From: Auanema rhodensis
Lineage: Eukaryota > Animalia > Nematoda
Length of the DNA: 64,000 bases
NCBI GenBank assembly: GCA_964057225.1
Contig: OZ059897.1
Span: 6,696,001 to 6,760,000 of the forward strand
Direction: 5' to 3'
How positions within the stretch are numbered: the stretch's first letter is position 1; every line of letters begins with the position of its first letter. The position numbers and the translations under genes were made by a program. A model generated the notes under the pieces. It worked only from the letters and a program-made list of their open reading frames with translations, was not told where the DNA came from and ran no database searches. Of the stretch, positions 1-13,800 are shown piece by piece.

Positions 1-3000
1 GTGGGATTTGAACCCACGCCCTCATACGAGGACCAGAACACCCAACTCTATACACAGAGTAAGAGATGATGAACAACTCTTGAGTCTGGCGCCTTAGACC
101 ACTCGGCCATCCGTGCTTCGAACACCGTCATTTGTGATCAATAGATGATCGTACCAAGTACAGATGAGCAAGAAAAAGTTGAAGAAAACCTTAAAAGGTA
201 TGCACGGAGTGGGATTTGAACCCACGCCCTCATACGAGGACCAGAACACCCAACTCTATACACAGAGTAAGAGATGATGAACAACTCTTGAGTCTGGCGC
301 CTTAGACCACTCGGCCATCCGTGCTTCGAACACCGTCATTTGTGATCAATAGATGATCGTACCAAGTACAGATGAGCAAGAAAAAGTTGAAGAAAACCTT
401 AAAAGGTATGCACGGAGTGGGATTTGAACCCACGCCCTCATACGAGGACCAGAACACCCAACTCTATACACAGAGTAAGAGATGATGAACAACTCTTGAG
501 TCTGGCGCCTTAGACCACTCGGCCATCCGTGCTTCGAACACCGTCATTTGTGATCAATAGATGATCGTACCAAGTACAGATGAGCAAGAAAAAGTTGAAG
601 AAAACCTTAAAAGGTATGCACGGAGTGGGATTTGAACCCACGCCCTCATACGAGGACCAGAACACCCAACTCTATACACAGAGTAAGAGATGATGAACAA
701 CTCTTGAGTCTGGCGCCTTAGAGCACTCGGCCATCCGTGCTTCGAACACCGTCATTTGTGATCAATAGATGATCGTACCAAGTACAGATGAGCAAGAAAA
801 AGTTGAAGAAAACCTTAAAAGGTATGCACGGAGTGGGATTTGAACCCACGCCCTCATACGAGGACCAGAACACCCAACTCTATACACAGAGTAAGAGATG
901 ATGAACAACTCTTGAGTCTGGCGCCTTAGACCACTCGGCCATCCGTGCTTCGAACACCGTCATTTGTGATCACTAGATGATCGTACCAAGTACAGATGAG
1001 CAAGAAAAAGTTGAAGAAAACCTTAAAAGGTATGCACGGAGTGGGATTTGAACCCACGCCCTCATACGAGGACCAGAACACCCAACTCTATACACAGAGT
1101 AAGAGATGATGAACAACTCTTGAGTCTGGCGCCTTAGAGCACTCGGCCATCCGTGCTTCGAACACCGTCATTTGTGATCAATAGATGATCGTACCAAGTA
1201 CAGATGAGCAAGAAAAAGTTGAAGAAAACCTTAAAAGATATGCACGAAGTGGGATTTGAACCCACGCCCTCATACGAGGACCAGAACACCCAACTCTATA
1301 CACAGAGTAAGAGATGATGAACAACTCTTGAGTCTGGCGCCTTAGACCACTCGGCCATCCGTGCTTCGAACACCGTCATTTGTGATCACTAGATGATCGT
1401 ACCAAGTACAGATGAGCAAGAAAAAGTTGAAGAAAACCTTAAAAGGTATGCACGGAGTGGGATTTGAACCCACGCCCTCATACGAGGACCAGAACACCCA
1501 ACTCTATACACAGAGTAAGAGATGATGAACAACTCTTGAGTCTGGCGCCTTAGAGCACTCGGCCATCCGTGCTTCGAACACCGTCATTTGTGATCAATAG
1601 ATGATCGTACCAAGTACAGATGAGCAAGAAAAAGTTGAAGAAAACCTTAAAAGATATGCACGGAGTGGGATTTGAACCCACGCCCTCATACGAGGACCAG
1701 AACACCCAACTCTATACACAGAGTAAGAGATGATGAACAACTCTTGAGTCTGGCGCCTTAGACCACTCGGCCATCCGTGCTTCGAACACCGTCATTTGTG
1801 ATCAATAGATGATCGTACCAAGTACAGATGAGCAAGAAAAAGTTGAAGAAAACCTTAAAAGGTATGCACGGAGTGGGATTTGAACCCACGCCCTCATACG
1901 AGGACCAGAACACCCAACTCTATACACAGAGTAAGAGATGATGAACAACTCTTGAGTCTGGCGCCTTAGACCACTCGGCCATCCGTGCTTCGAACACCGT
2001 CATTTGTGATCAATAGATGATCGTACCAAGTACAGATGAGCAAGAAAAAGTTGAAGAAAACCTTAAAAGGTATGCACGGAGTGGGATTTGAACCCACGCC
2101 CTCATACGAGGACCAGAACACCCAACTCTATACACAGAGTAAGAGATGATGAACAACTCTTGAGTCTGGCGCCTTAGAGCACTCGGCCATCCGTGCTTCG
2201 AACACCGTCATTTGTGATCAATAGATGATCGTACCAAGTACAGATGAGCAAGAAAAAGTTGAAGAAAACCTTAAAAGGTATGCACGGAGTGGGATTTGAA
2301 CCCACGCCCTCATACGAGGACCAGAACACCCAACTCTATACACAGAGTAAGAGATGATGAACAACTCTTGAGTCTGGCGCCTTAGAGCACTCGGCCATCC
2401 GTGCTTCGAACACCGTCATTTGTGATCACTAGATGATCGTACCAAGTACAGATGAGCAAGAAAAAGTTGAAGAAAACCTTAAAAGGTATGCACGGAGTGG
2501 GATTTGAACCCACGCCCTCATACGAGGACCAGAACACCCAACTCTATACACAGAGTAAGAGATGATGAACAACTCTTGAGTCTGGCGCCTTAGACCACTC
2601 GGCCATCCGTGCTTCGAACACCGTCATTTGTGATCAATAGATGATCGTACCAAGTACAGATGAGCAAGAAAAAGTTGAAGAAAACCTTAAAAGGTATGCA
2701 CGGAGTGGGATTTGAACCCACGCCCTCATACGAGGACCAGAACACCCAACTCTATACACAGAGTAAGAGATGATGAACAACTCTTGAGTCTGGCGCCTTA
2801 GACCACTCGGCCATCCGTGCTTCGAACACCGTCATTTGTGATCAATAGATGATCGTACCAAGTACAGATGAGCAAGAAAAAGTTGAAGAAAACCTTAAAA
2901 GGTATGCACGGAGTGGGATTTGAACCCACGCCCTCATACGAGGACCAGAACACCCAACTCTATACACAGAGTAAGAGATGATGAACAACTCTTGAGTCTG

Positions 3001-4614
3001 GCGCCTTAGACCACTCGGCCATCCGTGCTTCGAACACCGTCATTTGTGATCAATAGATGATCGTACCAAGTACAGATGAGCAAGAAAAAGTTGAAGAAAA
3101 CCTTAAAAGGTATGCACGGAGTGGGATTTGAACCCACGCCCTCATACGAGGACCAGAACACCCAACTCTATACACAGAGTAAGAGATGATGAACAACTCT
3201 TGAGTCTGGCGCCTTAGACCACTCGGCCATCCGTGCCTCGAACACCGTCATTTGTGATCAATAGATGATCGTACCAAGTACAGATGAGCAAGAAAAAGTT
3301 GAAGAAAACCTTAAAAGGTATGCACGGAGTGGGATTTGAACCCACGCCCTCATACGAGGACCAGAACACCCAACTCTATACACAGAGTAAGAGATGATGA
3401 ACAACTCTTGAGTCTGGCGCCTTAGACCACTCGGCCATCCGTGCTTCGAACACCGTCATTTGTGATCAATAGATGATCGTACCAAGTACAGATGAGCAAG
3501 AAAAAGTTGAAGAAAACCTTAAAAGGTATGCACGGAGTGGGATTTGAACCCACGCCCTCATACGAGGACCAGAACACCCAACTCTATACACAGAGTAAGA
3601 GATGATGAACAACTCTTGAGTCTGGCGCCTTAGACCACTCGGCCATCCGTGCTTCGAACACCGTCATTTGTGATCAATAGATGATCGTACCAAGTACAGA
3701 TGAGCAAGAAAAAGTTGAAGAAAACCTTAAAAGGTATGCACGGAGTGGGATTTGAACCCACGCCCTCATACGAGGACCAGAACACCCAACTCTATACACA
3801 GAGTAAGAGATGATGAACAACTCTTGAGTCTGGCGCCTTAGACCACTCGGCCATCCGTGCTTCGAACACCGTCATTTGTGATCAATAGATGATCGTACCA
3901 AGTACAGATGAGCAAGAAAAAGTTGAAGAAAACCTTAAAAGGTATGCACGGAGTGGGATTTGAACCCACGCCCTCATACGAGGACCAGAACACCCAACTC
4001 TATACACAGAGTAAGAGATGATGAACAACTCTTGAGTCTGGCGCCTTAGACCACTCGGCCATCCGTGCTTCGAACACCGTCATTTGTGATCAATAGATGA
4101 TCGTACCAAGTACAGATGAGCAAGAAAAAGTTGAAGAAAACCTTAAAAGGTATGCACGGAGTGGGATTTGAACCCACGCCCTCATACGAGGACCAGAACA
4201 CCCAACTCTATACACAGAGTAAGAGATGATGAACAACTCTTGAGTCTGGCGCCTTAGACCACTCGGCCATCCGTGCCTCGAACACCGTCATTTGTGATCA
4301 ATAGATGATCGTACCAAGTACAGATGAGCAAGAAAAAGTTGAAGAAAACCTTAAAAGGTATGCACGGAGTGGGATTTGAACCCACGCCCTCATACGAGGA
4401 CCAGAACACCCAACTCTATACACAGAGTAAGAGATGATGAACAACTCTTGAGTCTGGCGCCTTAGACCACTCGGCCATCCGTGCTTCGAACACCGTCATT
4501 TGTGATCAATAGATGATCGTACCAAGTACAGATGAGCAAGAAAAAGTTGAAGAAAACCTTAAAAGGTATGCACGGAGTGGGATTTGAACCCACGCCCTCA
4601 TACGAGGACCAGAA
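1..4614 (-). tRNA. Block of 21 complete tRNA-Leu(CAA) genes plus 2 partial copies (left of the gap)
   Basis: Copies at 201..324, 409..532, ... 4361..4484; partial copies at 1..116 (window edge) and 4569..4614 (cut by the gap). Confidence 0.95.
201..324 (-). tRNA. tRNA-Leu(CAA) with 40-nt intron (representative first complete copy)
   Basis: Reverse complement: GCACGGA TG GCC GAGTGGTCTAA GGC G CCAGA CT CAA G [AGTTGTTCATCATCTCTTACTCTGTGTATAGAGTTGGGTG] T TCTGG TCCTCGTATGAGGGC GTGGG TTCAAAT CCCAC TCCGTGC A. All stems pair; long variable arm; intron at the canonical 37/38 site; A and B boxes intact; T4 and T5 runs just downstream. Confidence 0.97.
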
Positions 4615-4814
4615 NNNNNNNNNNNNNNNNNNNNNNNNNNNNNNNNNNNNNNNNNNNNNNNNNNNNNNNNNNNNNNNNNNNNNNNNNNNNNNNNNNNNNN
4701 NNNNNNNNNNNNNNNNNNNNNNNNNNNNNNNNNNNNNNNNNNNNNNNNNNNNNNNNNNNNNNNNNNNNNNNNNNNNNNNNNNNNNNNNNNNNNNNNNNNN
4801 NNNNNNNNNNNNNN
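4615..4814. other. Assembly gap (200 N) inside the array
   Basis: Exactly 200 N, a round placeholder size, so the true array length is unknown. Confidence 0.99.
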
Positions 4815-4815
4815 A

Positions 4816-7800
4816 TGCACGGAGTGGGATTTGAACCCACGCCCTCATACGAGGACCAGAACACCCAACTCTATACACAGAGTAAGAGATGATGAACAAC
4901 TCTTGAGTCTGGCGCCTTAGACCACTCGGCCATCCGTGCTTCGAACACCGTCATTTGTGATCAATAGATGATCGTACCAAGTACAGATGAGCAAGAAAAA
5001 GTTGAAGAAAACTTTAAAAGGTATGCACGGAGTGGGATTTGAACCCACGCCCTCATACGAGGACCAGAACACCCAACTCTATACACAGAGTAAGAGATGA
5101 TGAACAACTCTTGAGTCTGGCGCCTTAGAGCACTCGGCCATCCGTGCTTCGAACACCGTCATTTGTGATCAATAGATGATCGTACCAAGTACAGATGAGC
5201 AAGAAAAAGTTGAAGAAAACCTTAAAAGGTATGCACGGAGTGGGATTTGAACCCACGCCCTCATACGAGGACCAGAACACCCAACTCTATACACAGAGTA
5301 AGAGATGATGAACAACTCTTGAGTCTGGCGCCTTAGACCACTCGGCCATCCGTGCTTCGAACACCGTCATTTGTGATCAATAGATGATCGTACCAAGTAC
5401 AGATGAGCAAGAAAAAGTTGAAGAAAACCTTAAAAGGTATGCACGGAGTGGGATTTGAACCCACGCCCTCATACGAGGACCAGAACACCCAACTCTATAC
5501 ACAGAGTAAGAGATGATGAACAACTCTTGAGTCTGGCGCCTTAGAGCACTCGGCCATCCGTGCTTCGAACACCGTCATTTGTGATCAATAGATGATCGTA
5601 CCAAGTACAGATGAGCAAGAAAAAGTTGAAAAAAACCTTAAAAGGTATGCACGGAGTGGGATTTGAACCCACGCCCTCATACGAGGACCAGAACACCCAA
5701 CTCTATACACAGAGTAAGAGATGATGAACAACTCTTGAGTCTGGCGCCTTAGACCACTCGGCCATCCGTGCTTCGAACACCGTCATTTGTGATCAATAGA
5801 TGATCGTACCAAGTACAGATGAGCAAGAAAAAGTTGAAGAAAACCTTAAAAGGTATGCACGGAGTGGGATTTGAACCCACGCCCTCATACGAGGACCAGA
5901 ACACCCAACTCTATACACAGAGTAAGAGATGATGAACAACTCTTGAGTCTGGCGCCTTAGACCACTCGGCCATCCGTGCTTCGAACACCGTCATTTGTGA
6001 TCAATAGATGATCGTACCAAGTACAGATGAGCAAGAAAAAGTTGAATAAAACCTTAAAAGGTATGCACGGAGTGGGATTTGAACCCACGCCCTCATACGA
6101 GGACCAGAACACCCAACTCTATACACAGAGTAAGAGATGATGAACAACTCTTGAGTCTGGCGCCTTAGACCACTCGGCCATCCGTGCTTCGAACACCGTC
6201 ATTTGTGATCAATAGATGATCGTACCAAGTACAGATGAGCAAGAAAAAGTTGAAGAAAACCTTAAAAGGTATGCACGGAGTGGGATTTGAACCCACGCCC
6301 TCATACGAGGACCAGAACACCCAACTCTATACACAGAGTAAGAGATGATGAACAACTCTTGAGTCTGGCGCCTTAGACCACTCGGCCATCCGTGCTTCGA
6401 ACACCGTCATTTGTGATCAATAGATGATCGTACCAAGTACAGATGAGCAAGAAAAAGTTGAAGAAAACCTTAAAAGGTATGCACGGAGTGGGATTTGAAC
6501 CCACGCCCTCATACGAGGACCAGAACACCCAACTCTATACACAGAGTAAGAGATGATGAACAACTCTTGAGTCTGGCGCCTTAGACCACTCGGCCATCCG
6601 TGCTTCGAACACCGTCATTTGTGATCAATAGATGATCGTACCAAGTACAGATGAGCAAGAAAAAGTTGAAGAAAACCTTAAAAGGTATGCACGGAGTGGG
6701 ATTTGAACCCACGCCCTCATACGAGGACCAGAACACCCAACTCTATACACAGAGTAAGAGATGATGAACAACTCTTGAGTCTGGCGCCTTAGACCACTCG
6801 GCCATCCGTGCTTCGAACACCGTCATTTGTGATCAATAGATGATCGTACCAAGTACAGATGAGCAAGAAAAAGTTGAATAAAACCTTAAAAGGTATGCAC
6901 GGAGTGGGATTTGAACCCACGCCCTCATACGAGGACCAGAACACCCAACTCTATACACAGAGTAAGAGATGATGAACAACTCTTGAGTCTGGCGCCTTAG
7001 AGCACTCGGCCATCCGTGCTTCGAACACCGTCATTTGTGATCAATAGATGATCGTACCAAGTACAGATGAGCAAGAAAAAGTTGAAGAAAACCTTAAAAG
7101 GTATGCACGGAGTGGGATTTGAACCCACGCCCTCATACGAGGACCAGAACACCCAACTCTATACACAGAGTAAGAGATGATGAACAACTCTTGAGTCTGG
7201 CGCCTTAGACCACTCGGCCATCCGTGCTTCGAACACCGTCATTTGTGATCAATAGATGATCGTACCAAGTACAGATGAGCAAGAAAAAGTTGAAGAAAAC
7301 CTTAAAAGGTATGCACGGAGTGGGATTTGAACCCACGCCCTCATACGAGGACCAGAACACCCAACTCTATACACAGAGTAAGAGATGATGAACAACTCTT
7401 GAGTCTGGCGCCTTAGACCACTCGGCCATCCGTGCTTCGAACACCGTCATTTGTGATCAATAGATGATCGTACCAAGTACAGATGAGCAAGAAAAAGTTG
7501 AAGAAAACTTTAAAAGGTATGAACGGAGTGGGATTTGAACCCACGCCCTCATACGAGGACCAGAACACCCAACTCTATACACAGAGTAAGAGATGATGAA
7601 CAACTCTTGAGTCTGGCGCCTTAGAGCACTCGGCCATCCGTGCTTCGAACACCGTCATTTGTGATCAATAGATGATCGTACCAAGTACAGATGAGCAAGA
7701 AAAAGTTGAATAAAACCTTAAAAGGTATGCACGGAGTGGGATTTGAACCCACGCCCTCATACGAGGACCAGAACACCCAACTCTATACACAGAGTAAGAG

Positions 7801-10800
7801 ATGATGAACAACTCTTGAGTCTGGCGCCTTAGACCACTCGGCCATCCGTGCTTCGAACACCGTCATTTGTGATCAATAGATGATCGTACCAAGTACAGAT
7901 GAGCAAGAAAAAGTTGAAGAAAACCTTAAAAGGTATGCACGGAGTGGGATTTGAACCCACGCCCTCATACGAGGACCAGAACACCCAACTCTATACACAG
8001 AGTAAGAGATGATGAACAACTCTTGAGTCTGGCGCCTTAGACCACTCGGCCATCCGTGCTTCGAACACCGTCATTTGTGATCAATAGATGATCGTACCAA
8101 GTACAGATGAGCAAGAAAAAGTTGAAGAAAACCTTAAAAGGTATGCACGGAGTGGGATTTGAACCCACGCCCTCATACGAGGACCAGAACACCCAACTCT
8201 ATACACAGAGTAAGAGATGATGAACAACTCTTGAGTCTGGCGCCTTAGACCACTCGGCCATCCGTGCTTCGAACACCGTCATTTGTGATCACTAGATGAT
8301 CGTACTAAGTACAGATGAGCAAGAAAAAGTTGAAGAAAACCTTAAAAGGTATGCACGGAGTGGGATTTGAACCCACGCCCTCATACGAGGACCAGAACAC
8401 CCAACTCTATGCACAGAGTAAGAGATGATGAACAACTCTTGAGTCTGGCGCCTTAGACCACTCGGCCATCCGTGCTTCGAACACCGTCATTTGTGATCAA
8501 TAGATGATCGTACCAAGTACAGATGAGCAAGAAAAAGTTGAAGAAAACCTTAAAAGGTATGCACGGAGTGGGATTTGAACCCACGCCCTCATACGAGGAC
8601 CAGAACACCCAACTCTATACACAGAGTAAGAGATGATGAACAACTCTTGAGTCTGGCGCCTTAGACCACTCGGCCATCCGTGCTTCGAACACCGTCATTT
8701 GTGATCAATAGATGATCGTACCAAGTACAGATGAGCAAGAAAAAGTTGAAGAAAACCTTAAAAGGTATGCACGGAGTGGGATTTGAACCCACGCCCTCAT
8801 ACGAGGACCAGAACACCCAACTCTATACACAGAGTAAGAGATGATGAACAACTCTTGAGTCTGGCGCCTTAGACCACTCGGCCATCCGTGCTTCGAACAC
8901 CGTCATTTGTGATCAATAGATGATCGTACGAAGTACAGATGAGCAAGAAAAAGTTGAAGAAAACCTTAAAAGGTATGCACGGAGTGGGATTTGAACCCAC
9001 GCCCTCATACGAGGACCAGAACACCCAACTCTATACACAGAGTAAGAGATGATGAACAACTCTTGAGTCTGGCGCCTTAGACCACTCGGCCATCCGTGCT
9101 TCGAACACCGTCATTTGTGATCACTAGATGATCGTACTAAGTACAGATGAGCAAGAAAAAGTTGAAGAAAACCTTAAAAGGTATGCACGGAGTGGGATTT
9201 GAACCCACGCCCTCATACGAGGACCAGAACACCCAACTCTATGCACAGAGTAAAAGATGATGAACAACTCTTGAGTCTGGCGCCTTAGACCACTCGGCCA
9301 TCCGTGCTTCGAACACCGTCATTTGTGATCAATAGATGATCGTACCAAGTACAGATGAGCAAGAAAAAGTTGAAGAAAACCTTAAAAGGTATGCACGGAG
9401 TGGGATTTGAACCCACGCCCTCATACGAGGACCAGAACACCCAACTCTATACACAGAGTAAGAGATGATGAACAACTCTTGAGTCTGGCGCCTTAGACCA
9501 CTCGGCCATCCGTGCTTCGAACACCGTCATTTGTGATCAATAGATGATCGTACCAAGTACAGATGAGCAAGAAAAAGTTGAAGAAAACCTTAAAAGGTAT
9601 GCACGGAGTGGGATTTGAACCCACGCCCTCATACGAGGACCAGAACACCCAACTCTATACACAGAGTAAGAGATGATGAACAACTCTTGAGTCTGGCGCC
9701 TTAGACCACTCGGCCATCCGTGCTTCGAACACCGTCATTTGTGATCAATAGATGATCGTACCAAGTACAGATGAGCAAGAAAAAGTTGAAGAAAACCTTA
9801 AAAGGTATGCACGGAGTGGGATTTGAACCCACGCCCTCATACGAGGACCAGAACACCCAACTCTATACACAGAGTAAGAGATGATGAACAACTCTTGAGT
9901 CTGGCGCCTTAGACCACTCGGCCATCCGTGCTTCGAACACCGTCATTTGTGATCAATAGATGATCGTACCAAGTACAGATGAGCAAGAAAAAGTTGAAGA
10001 AAACTTTAAAAGGTATGCACGGAGTGGGATTTGAACCCACGCCCTCATACGAGGACCAGAACACCCAACTCTATACACAGAGTAAGAGATGATGAACAAC
10101 TCTTGAGTCTGGCGCCTTAGAGCACTCGGCCATCCGTGCTTCGAACACCGTCATTTGTGATCAATAGATGATCGTACCAAGTACAGATGAGCAAGAAAAA
10201 GTTGAAGAAAACCTTAAAAGGTATGCACGGAGTGGGATTTGAACCCACGCCCTCATACGAGGACCAGAACACCCAACTCTATACACAGAGTAAGAGATGA
10301 TGAACAACTCTTGAGTCTGGCGCCTTAGACCACTCGGCCATCCGTGCTTCGAACACCGTCATTTGTGATCAATAGATGATCGTACCAAGTACAGATGAGC
10401 AAGAAAAAGTTGAAGAAAACCTTAAAAGGTATGCACGGAGTGGGATTTGAACCCACGCCCTCATACGAGGACCAGAACACCCAACTCTATACACAGAGTA
10501 AGAGATGATGAACAACTCTTGAGTCTGGCGCCTTAGACCACTCGGCCATCCGTGCTTCGAACACCGTCATTTGTGATCAATAGATGATCGTACCAAGTAC
10601 AGATGAGCAAGAAAAAGTTGAAGAAAACCTTAAAAGGTATGCACGGAGTGGGATTTGAACCCACGCCCTCATACGAGGACCAGAACACCCAACTCTATAC
10701 ACAGAGTAAGAGATGATGAACAACTCTTGAGTCTGGCGCCTTAGACCACTCGGCCATCCGTGCTTCGAACACCGTCATTTGTGATCAATAGATGATCGTA

Positions 10801-13800
10801 CCAAGTACAGATGAGCAAGAAAAAGTTGAAGAAAACCTTAAAAGGTATGCACGGAGTGGGATTTGAACCCACGCCCTCATACGAGGACCAGAACACCCAA
10901 CTCTATACACAGAGTAAGAGATGATGAACAACTCTTGAGTCTGGCGCCTTAGACCACTCGGCCATCCGTGCTTCGAACACCGTCATTTGTGATCAATAGA
11001 TGATCGTACCAAGTACAGATGAGCAAGAAAAAGTTGAAGAAAACCTTAAAAGGTATGCACGGAGTGGGATTTGAACCCACGCCCTCATACGAGGACCAGA
11101 ACACCCAACTCTATACACAGAGTAAGAGATGATGAACAACTCTTGAGTCTGGCGCCTTAGACCACTCGGCCATCCGTGCTTCGAACACCGTCATTTGTGA
11201 TCAATAGATGATCGTACCAAGTACAGATGAGCAAGAAAAAGTTGAAGAAAACCTTAAAAGGTATGCACGGAGTGGGATTTGAACCCACGCCCTCATACGA
11301 GGACCAGAACACCCAACTCTATACACAGAGTAAGAGATGATGAACAACTCTTGAGTCTGGCGCCTTAGACCACTCGGCCATCCGTGCTTCGAACACCGTC
11401 ATTTGTGATCAATAGATGATCGTACCAAGTACAGATGAGCAAGAAAAAGTTGAAGAAAACCTTAAAAGGTATGCACGGAGTGGGATTTGAACCCACGCCC
11501 TCATACGAGGACCAGAACACCCAACTCTATACACAGAGTAAGAGATGATGAACAACTCTTGAGTCTGGCGCCTTAGAGCACTCGGCCATCCGTGCTTCGA
11601 ACACCGTCATTTGTGATCAATAGATGATCGTACCAAGTACAGATGAGCAAGAAAAAGTTGAAGAAAACCTTAAAAGGTATGCACGGAGTGGGATTTGAAC
11701 CCACGCCCTCATACGAGGACCAGAACACCCAACTCTATACACAGAGTAAGAGATGATGAACAACTCTTGAGTCTGGCGCCTTAGACCACTCGGCCATCCG
11801 TGCTTCGAACACCGTCATTTGTGATCAATAGATGATCGTACCAAGTACAGATGAGCAAGAAAAAGTTGAAGAAAACCTTAAAAGGTATGCACGGAGTGGG
11901 ATTTGAACCCACGCCCTCATACGAGGACCAGAACACCCAACTCTATACACAGAGTAAGAGATGATGAACAACTCTTGAGTCTGGCGCTTTAGACCACTCG
12001 GCCATCCGTGCTTCGAACACCGTCATTTGTGATCAATAGATGATCGTACCAAGTACAGATGAGCAAGAAAAAGTTGAAGAAAACCTTAAAAGGTATGCAC
12101 GGAGTGGGATTTGAACCCACGCCCTCATACGAGGACCAGAACACCCAACTCTATACACAGAGTAAGAGATGATGAACAACTCTTGAGTCTGGCGCCTTAG
12201 ACCACTCGGCCATCCGTGCTTCGAACACCGTCATTTGTGATCAATAGATGATCGTACCAAGTACAGATGAGCAAGAAAAAGTTGAAGAAAACCTTAAAAG
12301 GTATGCACGGAGTGGGATTTGAACCCACGCCCTCATACGAGGACCAGAACACCCAACTCTTTACACAGAGTAAGAGATGATGAACAACTCTTGAGTCTGG
12401 CGCCTTAGACCACTCGGCCATCCGTGCTTCGAACACCGTCATTTGTGATCAATAGATGATCGTACCAAGTACAGATGAGCAAGAAAAAGTTGAAGAAAAC
12501 CTTAAAAGGTATGCACGGAGTGGGATTTGAACCCACGCCCTCATACGAGGACCAGAACACCCAACTCTATACACAGAGTAAGAGATGATGAACAACTCTT
12601 GAGTCTGGCGCCTTAGACCACTCGGCCATCCGTGCTTCGAACACCGTCATTTGTGATCAATAGATGATCGTACCAAGTACAGATGAGCAAGAAAAAGTTG
12701 AAGAAAACCTTAAAAGGTATGCACGGAGTGGGATTTGAACCCACGCCCTCATACGAGGACCAGAACACCCAACTCTATACACAGAGTAAGAGATGATGAA
12801 CAACTCTTGAGTCTGGCCCTTAGACCACTCGGCCATCCGTGCTTCGAACACCGTCATTTGTGATCAATAGATGATCGTACCAAGTACAGATGAGCAAGAA
12901 AAAGTTGAAGAAAACCTTAAAAGGTATGCACGGAGTGGGATTTGAACCCACGCCCTCATACGAGGACCAGAACACCCAACTCTATACACAGAGTAAGAGA
13001 TGATGAACAACTCTTGAGTCTGGCGCCTTAGACCACTCGGCCATCCGTGCTTCGAACACCGTCATTTGTGATCAATAGATGATCGTACCAAGTACAGATG
13101 AGCAAGAAAAAGTTGAAGAAAACCTTAAAAGGTATGCACGGAGTGGGATTTGAACCCACGCCCTCATACGAGGACCAGAACACCCAACTCTATACACAGA
13201 GTAAGAGATGATGAACAACTCTTGAGTCTGGCGCCTTAGACCACTCGGCCATCCGTGCTTCGAACACCGTCATTTGTGATCAATAGATGATCGTACCAAG
13301 TACAGATGAGCAAGAAAAAGTTGAAGAAAACCTTAAAAGGTATGCACGGAGTGGGATTTGAACCCACGCCCTCATACGAGGACCAGAACACCCAACTCTA
13401 TACACAGAGTAAGAGATGATGAACAACTCTTGAGTCTGGCGCCTTAGACCACTCGGCCATCCGTGCTTCGAACACCGTCATTTGTGATCAATAGATGATC
13501 GTACCAAGTACAGATGAGCAAGAAAAAGTTGAATAAAACCTTAAAAGGTATGCACGGAGTGGGATTTGAACCCACGCCCTCATACGAGGACCAGAACACC
13601 CAACTCTATACACAGAGTAAGAGATGATGAACAACTCTTGAGTCTGGCGCCTTAGACCACTCGGCCATCCGTGCTTCGAACACCGTCATTTGTGATCAAT
13701 AGATGATCGTACCAAGTACAGATGAGCAAGAAAAAGTTGAAGAAAACCTTAAAAGGTATGCACGGAGTGGGATTTGAACCCACGCCCTCATACGAGGACC

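Noticed and set aside
346-352. CTA (amber-suppressor-like) triplet in the middle hairpin loop of the cryptic spacer cloverleaf
   Set aside because: The loop is 5 nt, or 7 nt with wrong bases at positions 32 and 37; the D loop is only 3 nt and there is no A box. It is not a credible suppressor tRNA.
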